Below, one piece after another: positions 31,369 through 38,975 of a stretch of DNA of 64,000 bases (positions are counted from its first letter, which is position 1; each line of letters begins with the position of its first letter). The DNA is from Acidobacteriota bacterium (GTDB lineage: Bacteria > Acidobacteriota > Vicinamibacteria > Vicinamibacterales > UBA2999). The DNA is taken from positions 6,303-70,302 of the forward strand of contig JACPPO010000014.1 of the NCBI GenBank assembly GCA_016190945.1, read 5' to 3'. The translations under genes and the position numbers were made by a program. The notes beneath the pieces were generated by a model, which saw nothing but the letters and a program-made list of their open reading frames with translations, ran no database searches and was not told the origin of the DNA.

Positions 31369-32076
31369 ATGCGTCCGCTGGTGATCGTTCCCACCTACAA
31401 CGAGCGCGACAATCTGCCCGTGGTGGTTGCCAAACTCCTGCGCATTCCGGATGTCCAGGTGCTCGTCGTGGACGACGGGTCGCCTGACGGCACGGGCGAC
31501 GTCGCCGATGTGCTTGTGCGCGAAAGCGACGGTCGCGTCTCCGTACTGCATCGAACGGGACCACGGGGGCTTGGCCTGTCTTATATCGACGGGCTGCGGC
31601 GCGCGCTGCGCACCGACGCGACGCCGGTCTGTCAGATGGATGCGGATTTGTCGCACGATCCGGCCGACCTTCCGCGCCTGCTCGCGGCCAGCGCGAACGC
31701 TGACCTCGTCATCGGGTCGCGCTACGTGCCTGGTGGACGTATCGAGAACTGGCCAAGGCGACGGGTGTTGCTGAGCGCATTCGCCAACCGATACATCCGC
31801 GCCATCACGGGGCTGCGGATCAACGACAGCACGAGCGGCTTTCGGTGCTGGCGCCGCGAAGCGCTTCAGCGCCTGCCGCTCCTTCAGATCGCGTCGAACG
31901 GCTATGCGTTCCTGGTGGAGCTCGCCTGGGAAGCGGCGGCGGCGGGATGCCGCATCACCGAGGTCCCCATCACCTTCGTCGAGCGGCGGCACGGCGCCTC
32001 GAAGCTCTCGGCACGCGTGCTCGTCGAGTCGGCGCTGATTCCATGGCGCCTCGCGTGGCGCCGACGGACCGGCTAG
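31369..32076 (+). CDS. Polyprenol-monophosphomannose synthase-like GT2 (Dpm1/Ppm1 type)
   Basis: VIVPTYNERDNL, VVDDGSPDGTG and MDADLSHDP. The ~235-aa soluble form is typical of this type. Confidence 0.85.
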   Translation: MRPLVIVPTYNERDNLPVVVAKLLRIPDVQVLVVDDGSPDGTGDVADVLVRESDGRVSVLHRTGPRGLGLSYIDGLRRALRTDATPVCQMDADLSHDPADLPRLLAASANADLVIGSRYVPGGRIENWPRRRVLLSAFANRYIRAITGLRINDSTSGFRCWRREALQRLPLLQIASNGYAFLVELAWEAAAAGCRITEVPITFVERRHGASKLSARVLVESALIPWRLAWRRRTG

Positions 32077-32122
32077 CGTTCTTGTCCGGAAAGCCTTTCC
32101 GGGCTATGATTTAGGGTCCTTC

Positions 32123-32923
32123 ATGAACGCTCCCGACAGTAAGCGTCCGCCAGGCGTGAGCGTGTTTTTTCCTGCCTATAACGATGGCGGGACGATTGCG
32201 AGCCTCGTCATTCGCGCTCTGCAGGCTGCGTCCCGGTTGACGCCCGATTTCGAGGTCATCATCGTCAACGACGGCAGCACCGACTCGACGCGCGACATCG
32301 CGGACGAGCTCGCACGCACCTATCCCCGGGTGCGCGCGATCCATCATCCGCGGAACCGCGGCTACGGGGGCGCGCTTCGCACCGGCTTCGCCGCGGCGAC
32401 CAAGGATCTCGTTGCGTACACGGACGGCGACGCGCAGTACGATCCCGGCGAGCTCGAGGTCCTGTGGAATCGGCTTACGCCGGACACGGACGTCGTGACC
32501 GGGTACAAGATCAGCCGCGCCGACCCTTGGCACCGCATTGTCATCGGCCGCATCTACCACTACACCGTGAAGGGTCTGTTTCGGCTGCGCGTCCGCGACG
32601 TCGACTGTGATTTCCGGCTGATGCGCCGAGAGATCTTCGATCGCGTCAAGCTGGAGCGCGACACGGGCGTCATCTGCCTCGAGATGATGCGCAAGATCCA
32701 GGACGCTGGCTTTCGGGTCGTCGAGGTCCCCGTACACCACTATCACCGAACGCACGGCCGCTCGCAGTTCTTCAACGTCCGCCGCGTCTTCTGGACCGGC
32801 ATCGACGTGCTGAAGCTATGGGTGACGCTCGTGATCCTCGGCCGCGGACGGCACAGCACGCCGGTCCTGTTTCGCAACCCGACAATCAGCACCGCGGTGC
32901 CTCCGGAATCGATGAAGCGATGA
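32123..32923 (+). CDS. Glycosyltransferase family 2
   Basis: SVFFPAYNDGGTI, VNDGSTDST and TDGDAQYDP. Confidence 0.85.
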   Translation: MNAPDSKRPPGVSVFFPAYNDGGTIASLVIRALQAASRLTPDFEVIIVNDGSTDSTRDIADELARTYPRVRAIHHPRNRGYGGALRTGFAAATKDLVAYTDGDAQYDPGELEVLWNRLTPDTDVVTGYKISRADPWHRIVIGRIYHYTVKGLFRLRVRDVDCDFRLMRREIFDRVKLERDTGVICLEMMRKIQDAGFRVVEVPVHHYHRTHGRSQFFNVRRVFWTGIDVLKLWVTLVILGRGRHSTPVLFRNPTISTAVPPESMKR

Positions 32924-33969
32924 GCGCGAAGCCAATGTCGAGCGGCGTCGATTACCGGGCGTTTTACCGCGACCGCCGCGTCATGATTACCGGCGGGCTT
33001 GGATTCATCGGCAGCACGGTCGCGCATCAGCTCGTCGAACTTGGCGCCCGGGTGCTGATCGTCGACTCCCTGATTCCGGAGTACGGCGGCAACCTGTTCA
33101 ACATCGCCGGCATCGAAGACCGCGTGCGCGTCAACATCGCCGACGTGCGCCAATCCAGTTCGATGAACTACCTGGTCCGCAACCAGGAGGTGATCTTCAA
33201 TCTCGCCGGCCAGGTCAGCCACATCGACAGCATGCAGGACCCCTACACGGATCTCGAGATCAACTGCCGCAGCCAGTTGTCGATCCTCGAGGCCTGCCGC
33301 CGCTATAACCCGACGGTGAAGGTCGTGTTCGCGGGGACCCGCCAGGTCTACGGGCGCCCCGAAAGCCTGCCCGTCACCGAGCAGCACCTCGTCAAGCCGA
33401 CCGACGTGAACGGGATCAACAAGGCGGCCGGCGAGTACTATCACCTCGTGTACAACGAGGTCTTCGGCGTGCGCGCCTGCTCGCTCCGCCTGACCAACGT
33501 CTATGGCCCTCGGCAATTGATCAAGCACAACCGGCAGGGGTTCATCGCGTGGTTCATCCGCCTGGCCCTGGAAGATCACGAGATCCAGATCTATGGCGAC
33601 GGCACGCAGCTTCGCGACTTTGTCTTCGTCGATGATGCGGCGGATGCGTTCCTGCGCGCCGGCGCGGACGACTCGTCGAACGGGAAGGTGTTCAACGTGG
33701 GCGGCCTCGAGCCGATCTCGCATCGTGATCTGGTGGAGCTGCTCGTGTCCGTGGCCGGAACCGGCCGCTACCGATGTGTCGACTGGCCTCCGGAGAAAAA
33801 AGCCATCGACATCGGCGACTTCTACACCGATTCCTCCCTTATTCACCGCACCCTCGGCTGGCGCCCGGTGACGCTGCTCGGCTCCGGCCTCGCGCGAACG
33901 CTGGACTACTACCGCGCGCACCTGGACCACTACGTGCCTACGACCGCATCCCAGGTCGCCGCGCTGTGA
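32920..33969 (+). CDS. NAD-dependent NDP-sugar epimerase/dehydratase (SDR family)
   Basis: Rossmann motif ITGGLGFIGS. ATG 32920 overlaps the upstream stop (ATGA). Confidence 0.88.
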   Translation: MSAKPMSSGVDYRAFYRDRRVMITGGLGFIGSTVAHQLVELGARVLIVDSLIPEYGGNLFNIAGIEDRVRVNIADVRQSSSMNYLVRNQEVIFNLAGQVSHIDSMQDPYTDLEINCRSQLSILEACRRYNPTVKVVFAGTRQVYGRPESLPVTEQHLVKPTDVNGINKAAGEYYHLVYNEVFGVRACSLRLTNVYGPRQLIKHNRQGFIAWFIRLALEDHEIQIYGDGTQLRDFVFVDDAADAFLRAGADDSSNGKVFNVGGLEPISHRDLVELLVSVAGTGRYRCVDWPPEKKAIDIGDFYTDSSLIHRTLGWRPVTLLGSGLARTLDYYRAHLDHYVPTTASQVAAL

Positions 33970-33988
33970 GCGCGCCGTTAATGCCCGC

Positions 33989-34990
33989 GTGAAGGCCCTC
34001 ATCACTGGCGGTGCCGGCTTCATCGGGTCGCATCTCGCAGAGCGGCTTCTGGAGCTCGGCCACGAGGTGGCGGTCCTTGACGACCTGTCGACCGGCTCGA
34101 TTGACAACATCGCGCACCTCAAGGCGGCCAGGCATTTTTCGTACGTCGTCGACTCAGTCACCAGCGAGCCACTTCTCGCCGAGATGATCGACCGCAGCGA
34201 GGTGGTGTTCCACCTGGCCGCTGCGGTTGGCGTCAAGCTGATCGTCGAGCGGCCGGTGCACACGATCGAGACCAACGTGCACGGCACCGAAGTCGTCCTG
34301 AAACACGCAAATAAGAAGAAGAAACTCGTCTTCATCGCATCGACCTCGGAGGTATACGGGAAGAGCGCCGACGTGCCGTTTCGCGAAGCGGCGGATTGCG
34401 TGCTGGGCCCTTCAGCAAAGCATCGCTGGGCGTACGCGTGCAGCAAGCTCATCGACGAGTTCCTGGCCCTCGCGTATTGGAAGGAGAAAAAGCTGCCAGT
34501 GATCATCGTCCGCCTGTTCAATACCGTCGGTCCGCGCCAGACGGGGCAGTACGGGATGGTGCTTCCCACCTTCGTCCGCCAGGCGCTGGCGGGCGATTCG
34601 ATCACTGTCTTCGGCGATGGCACCCAGTCGCGCAGCTTCACCTACGTCGGCGACGTGGTGGACGCTCTCGTGGCGCTGGCTGCTGAACCGCGGGCCATCG
34701 GCGAGGTGTTCAACATCGGCAACAGGGGCGAAATCTCGATCCGCGATCTCGCCGAGCGCGTGAAAACCTTGGCCGGCAGCGACTCTCCAATTCAGCTCAT
34801 CCCCTACGACGAGGCGTACGAGGAGGGGTTCGAGGACATGCCCCGGCGCGTCCCCGACATTTCGAAGCTCAGGGCGCTCATCGGGTACGAGCCGAAAGTG
34901 GGCCTCGACGAAATCATCCGGCGCGTCATCGACCGCATGCGCGAGCACGAGGTTCCGCAGAATCGCACGAGCCGGGCTGCCGTTCCCTAG
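33989..34990 (+). CDS. NAD-dependent NDP-sugar epimerase/dehydratase, UDP-glucuronate decarboxylase-like
   Basis: ITGGAGFIGSHL and catalytic YACSK (YxxxK). GTG start. Confidence 0.85.
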   Translation: MKALITGGAGFIGSHLAERLLELGHEVAVLDDLSTGSIDNIAHLKAARHFSYVVDSVTSEPLLAEMIDRSEVVFHLAAAVGVKLIVERPVHTIETNVHGTEVVLKHANKKKKLVFIASTSEVYGKSADVPFREAADCVLGPSAKHRWAYACSKLIDEFLALAYWKEKKLPVIIVRLFNTVGPRQTGQYGMVLPTFVRQALAGDSITVFGDGTQSRSFTYVGDVVDALVALAAEPRAIGEVFNIGNRGEISIRDLAERVKTLAGSDSPIQLIPYDEAYEEGFEDMPRRVPDISKLRALIGYEPKVGLDEIIRRVIDRMREHEVPQNRTSRAAVP

Positions 34991-35040
34991 ACATCGTCGT
35001 TCCTCACACCTAACCGTCGCGGCACGCCGGGCTGCGCCGC

Positions 35041-35142
35041 CGGCTCCGCATGCCGGGAAATCGCGCTCCGACTCGCCTCTTTTTCACTCGCGCATCGACT
35101 AGTTGCTCATTCGAAACGGAGTCCGTCAGGCGCAATCGGACC
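35041..35142 (-). repeat. ~103-bp repeat unit, left copy (inverted relative to 36376-36478)
   Basis: Its reverse complement aligns by hand to 36376-36478. The first 32 nt are identical, a later 25-nt block is identical, and about 22 of 34 middle positions match. Confidence 0.88.
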
Positions 35143-35501
35143 GCCGGTGGTGGTTCCTGCATCCGGGAGCACATGGACGGAAGTCGACGCGGAAGACTCG
35201 CTCCGCGCGATTTCCGGATCTTGGAATCGGCATGCTCCGACGGCGGCGCAGCACCGGCACGCCTGCGACGCGATGATCGGCGTGGCCGCCAGCCCGAATC
35301 AGCGGGGATACCGCGGCGCGCTTGGCGTTCGCAGTCCGTTAAACTTAGACCCACTGCGAGTGGATACCCGCGAGCCTCGCGCGTATCCACCGGAGCACCT
35401 CGTGTGGGAGCCTGCTGTAAGCATCGGATAATGAATCGCTTCCTGGCATCACGCCGTCATACGTGACGGCGGTTACGCGCAGCCCAGCGGGTGAATAGTG
35501 G

Positions 35502-35822
35502 TTAGGAACCTACACGAACGAAAGTCTTGGGTTGAAGGGACCGGAGCGATTCAAGAATCTTCGGGACCAACGGAGCAAGCGATTCAATACGATTCGAGTC
35601 GGCTACGAGCACAACAACGGCAACAGATAGTGTCTTGAGGTTCTGCTGAAACTCGATGCTCTGGTCGGCTGTGAGCACGACATCGAACGCGGCGGCGGCT
35701 TGGTGCAGAAGGGCGCCATTCTTGAGGCCTCTCCAACCGACCTGAGCGACGGTTCTGGCTTCGTGGCCTACGAGCAGTTCTGCCAGCGGTCTTGGGAGCG
35801 ACTCATCGAGCAGGGCGCGCAC
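35502..35822 (-). CDS. DUF5615-family PIN-like (Mut7-C-type) putative toxin
   Basis: MRALLDESLPRPLAELLVGHE...VVLTADQSIEF. It overlaps the upstream DUF433 gene by 20 nt, the known pairing for these two families. Confidence 0.75.
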   Translation of the reverse strand: MRALLDESLPRPLAELLVGHEARTVAQVGWRGLKNGALLHQAAAAFDVVLTADQSIEFQQNLKTLSVAVVVLVADSNRIESLAPLVPKILESLRSLQPKTFVRVGS

Positions 35823-36030
35823 GAGACGTCAGAAGGTCCTTGGCAATTTCCAAGGCGGCGACGGCCTGTTCTCGGGTGACGGTCGGAAAGTGGTCGAGGA
35901 ACTTCTCGAGGCTGTCACCGGCAGCCAGGTAGTCCAGTAGGTTCTTAATGGGGACGCGAGTGCCCGCAAACACAGGCGTTCCACCGAGAATCTCGGGGTC
36001 GCTTTGTACGACTGATTCAAGCGTGGGCAT
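35803..36030 (-). CDS. DUF433 domain protein (putative antitoxin)
   Basis: DPEILGGTPVFAGTRVPIKNLLDYL...FPTVTREQAVAALE. Confidence 0.8.
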   Translation of the reverse strand: MPTLESVVQSDPEILGGTPVFAGTRVPIKNLLDYLAAGDSLEKFLDHFPTVTREQAVAALEIAKDLLTSRARPAR

Positions 36031-36192
36031 CTGGGTCTCGGGACTCTACAATGCCATGGTACATCGTCACCCGTAGGGTGCCTAACACGGACTGGACCCG
36101 GCGGCGCGGCGAAGCCAAAGCGCCGCGGCTACATGGACACGTTGACTAAAGGCTCGTATCGGCGCCCACGGCGTACCCATCGTCGGCGCGGA

Positions 36193-36375
36193 TCAGCGGA
36201 CGGTGACGCCCCCATGGGTCCAATCGAACGCTCCGGCGGCGCCGGGAGGCAGGGCGTCGCACTCGCTGGCGGGACCGCCGATGAAGAAGCTGGTCGAGTC
36301 GCTGGCGGCGTTGCCGGCGCCGTTGTCCTGCACCTCGAAGCGCAGATCGAGGCCTTCGGGGAATGCCGGGTGGCT
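36193..36375 (-). pseudogene. Start-less coding-like 3' fragment (unknown family)
   Basis: This minus frame reads ..AFPEGLDLRFEVQDNGAGNAASDSTSFFIGGPASECDALPPGAAGAFDWTHGGVTVR*. It has strong G/C at third codon positions. The frame has no ATG or TTG, and its only GTG is internal (VQDNG, 46 codons before the stop), back to the upstream stop. Its 5' side runs into the repeat copy. Confidence 0.35.
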
Positions 36376-36478
36376 GGTCCGATTGCGCCTGACGGACTCC
36401 GTTTCGAGTCGGCAAATAGTCGACGCGCCAGCGTAAGGGAAGCGAGTCGGAGCGCGATTTCCCGGCTATGCGAAGCCG
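36376..36478 (+). repeat. ~103-bp repeat unit, right copy
   Basis: GGTCCGATTGCGCCTGACGGACTCCGTTTCGA...GCGAGTCGGAGCGCGATTTCCCGGC. It ends 57 nt upstream of the ATG at 36535. Confidence 0.88.
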
Positions 36479-36534
36479 GCGGCCGTAGGACGGCCGTCCC
36501 CGCGGCCAGTGAGAAGCGTATACTGGGAGATCAC

Positions 36535-37320
36535 ATGGGGTTCCGGGCGCTGACCGTGGCTGCCGTTCTTCTGGGCTGGGCCCTGCCGCTCGGCGCCCAG
36601 CAGTCGGTCATGCTGCAGTTCAACGACGGCCAGGTTACCCTCAGCGCACAGAATGCGCCGGTCCGGGCGATCCTCGCGGAATGGGCGCGCCTGGGCGGGT
36701 CGACCATCGTCAACGGCGATCGCGTGGCAGGACCTCCGGTGACTCTCGAGCTCGCCGGGGTGCCGGAACGGCAGGCGCTCGACATCGTGCTCCGCAGCGT
36801 CGCCGGTTACATGCTTGCGCCCCGCCGCGCGGGTTCGCGCGGCGTCTCGACGTACGACCGTATCCTGATCCTGCCCACGAGTGTCGCCCCCAGAAATCCG
36901 TCTCCGCCGGCAGTCGCGTCGGGCGTCCCGCGACCGGTCCTGCCGCGCCCGCCGGTCATCGCGCGACAGCCCGACGCGGGTGTAGAGGTGCCGATCGACG
37001 CCGGACAGGATGACATTGATGCCGTCGGCGCGCAGGATCCGGCGACCTCCAATCAGCCGCGTGCCGGCGATCCGCGCCGGGTCCAGCCGCCGTTCGTGAT
37101 GCGGCCGCCGCCGGCACAACCTGGCGCCGAGCCTCTCGACCCCGACGGCACGCCGAATGATGCGGAGGAGCCGGGCCCGGCCGCTCCGGCCGGCGTCGCG
37201 CCGACGCCGACGAACCCGTTCGGCATCCCGTTCGGATCCTCGGCGACACCCGGTGTGGTAACGCCCGCCCCCCGGCCGCAGGAGCAACAGCAGCGGCCAG
37301 GGCCAAACCGCGTACAATAA
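36535..37320 (+). CDS. Secreted protein with an STN-like N-terminal domain and a proline-rich C-terminus
   Basis: Signal peptide MGFRALTVAAVLLGWALPLGAQQ, then NAPVRAILAEWARLGG..VTLELAGVPERQALDIVL, then a Pro-rich tail. GGGAGA precedes the ATG. The upstream part of the 395-aa ORF covers the repeat and looks non-coding. Confidence 0.6.
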   Translation: MGFRALTVAAVLLGWALPLGAQQSVMLQFNDGQVTLSAQNAPVRAILAEWARLGGSTIVNGDRVAGPPVTLELAGVPERQALDIVLRSVAGYMLAPRRAGSRGVSTYDRILILPTSVAPRNPSPPAVASGVPRPVLPRPPVIARQPDAGVEVPIDAGQDDIDAVGAQDPATSNQPRAGDPRRVQPPFVMRPPPAQPGAEPLDPDGTPNDAEEPGPAAPAGVAPTPTNPFGIPFGSSATPGVVTPAPRPQEQQQRPGPNRVQ

Positions 37321-37440
37321 GCGCAGCGGCCTCGCGTTCGCATCCCACCGTGCAGGGCCGGGGTCCCCATCGTGGACGCCTGCGCGATGGGGTGGAGATG
37401 TGCGCGGCGGGGACCCCGCGTTGACGCGCCCGGCGCTTCC

Positions 37441-38484
37441 ATGTCAGAGATCGAACGCTTCAAGCCCGACGACCGCCGTGGGGTCGATACACTGTACCGC
37501 CGTACGCACGGGCCGGACGCTGCGGAAGCCAATCGGCTGCGGTGGGACTGGCAGTACCGGCGGAATCCCTACAACCCGAGCGGCGAGCCCGGCATCTGGG
37601 TGGCCCGGGAAGGGCCGACGGTCGTCGGCCAGTACCCGACGCTGCCCGTACGCCTCTCGTTGAAAGGGCTTGAGGTCGAAGGGGCGTGGGGTACTGGCGC
37701 GCTGATAGCGCCCGAGCGTGACAGCCAGGGCCTCGATGAAGCTCTTTTTAGGGCCTGGGATCGCAATAGCGGCGCAGTCCTGACACTGGGCGCAACGGGC
37801 GCGTCCCAAGGGATACTCGACAAGCTTCACTGGCCGGCGGCCCACCTGCTGCCCTGTCTCGTCAAGCCGCTCACGCGCCGCGCGGTGCGTCTTCCCCACT
37901 GGCCGACGGCGCTGAACCGCCTTGTGTCGGCGATTACGCTGCCGGTGGTGGCCGTCGTCTCGCGGTCGCGCCCGCTTCGGGCCGAGTGCGAACCGATCCG
38001 GCGCTTCGACTCGTCGTTCAGCGCGCTGTGGGAGCGACTCGCACCGAAATTCGATCTGGCCGTCCGCCGCGACGCGCCGTACCTGAACTGGCGCTACATC
38101 GAGCCTCCTCACGTCCGGTACTCCGTCGTGGCGCTGCGACGCCAGGGGGAGCTGCACGGCTACGCCGTCTACCGGCATCGTCACGAGCCGCTCGGCCGCG
38201 TCACGATGCTGGTCGACTTTCTTGTCGATCCCGATGACGTGTCGGGCCTGAAGACGCTTCTGCGCTGGGTGGACAGGGCGGCGCGCGTCGAGGACGCCGA
38301 CAAGGCGCGTTGTTACGCAATGCACGGTGCGTTCCGGCGCGTGCTGCGGCGCAACGGCTATTTCAACGTGAAGTCGACGCTCGAGGTCAGCGTCAAGGTC
38401 AACGCGGTCCAGGTGCCGAAGGGCTTCTACGACGATACCGACGGCTGGCACATCACCTACGGCGATTCCGATCAGGATCATTGA
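37441..38484 (+). CDS. Putative GNAT-family acetyltransferase (two-domain, ~347 aa)
   Basis: General GNAT-like layout with a weak motif-A-like RDSQGLDEALF. The family call is tentative. Start at ATG 37441. Confidence 0.55.
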   Translation: MSEIERFKPDDRRGVDTLYRRTHGPDAAEANRLRWDWQYRRNPYNPSGEPGIWVAREGPTVVGQYPTLPVRLSLKGLEVEGAWGTGALIAPERDSQGLDEALFRAWDRNSGAVLTLGATGASQGILDKLHWPAAHLLPCLVKPLTRRAVRLPHWPTALNRLVSAITLPVVAVVSRSRPLRAECEPIRRFDSSFSALWERLAPKFDLAVRRDAPYLNWRYIEPPHVRYSVVALRRQGELHGYAVYRHRHEPLGRVTMLVDFLVDPDDVSGLKTLLRWVDRAARVEDADKARCYAMHGAFRRVLRRNGYFNVKSTLEVSVKVNAVQVPKGFYDDTDGWHITYGDSDQDH

Positions 38485-38525
38485 CGGCCGGGCCGAACAC
38501 CCGCGCCGGCACATGCCAGGTTTGT

Positions 38526-38975
38526 ATGCGACTCACCGACCAGGTCAATGCCGACATCACGGCGGCGATGAAGGCCAAGGACGCTCCCCGTCTGTCCGCG
38601 CTGCGCATGATGAAGGCCGCGATGGTGAACAAGGGCGTGGAGAAGGGCCGGGACCTCGAGGACGCCGAGGTGCTGCAAGTCGTCTCGTCGCTCGTGAAGC
38701 AGCGCCGCGACTCGGTCGAGCAGTTCTCCAAGGCAGGACGAACCGATCTGGTCGAGAAGGAGACCGCTGAGATCGCCGTCCTGGAGGAATACCTTCCACC
38801 CGCCGCCACGGCCGCGGAAATTGAGGCGGCTGTTGCCGCCGCCATCACCGAGACAGGCGCCGCCTCGCCGAAGGACATCGGCAAGGTGATGAAAGCCGTC
38901 ATGCCGAAGCTCGCCGGCAAGAACGCCGACGGCCGGACCATCAACGAGTCAGTCCGCCGCAAGCTTGGCGCCTAG
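38526..38975 (+). CDS. GatB/YqeY domain protein
   Basis: MRLTDQVNADITAAMKAKD..RLSALRMMKAA...EKETAEIAVLEEYLP...KDIGKVMKAVM. Confidence 0.88.
   Translation: MRLTDQVNADITAAMKAKDAPRLSALRMMKAAMVNKGVEKGRDLEDAEVLQVVSSLVKQRRDSVEQFSKAGRTDLVEKETAEIAVLEEYLPPAATAAEIEAAVAAAITETGAASPKDIGKVMKAVMPKLAGKNADGRTINESVRRKLGA

Noticed and set aside
36030-36140. Integron attC sites or cassette boundaries at the GTTAGGC motifs upstream of the two toxin-antitoxin operons.
   Set aside because: Only the R'-like core is present. I could not find a complementary R'' (GCCTAAC-like) or L'/L'' pairing within 60-130 nt. There is no intI gene, and 27 kb of housekeeping genes separate the two sites. I kept this only as a low-weight alternative in the motif finding.
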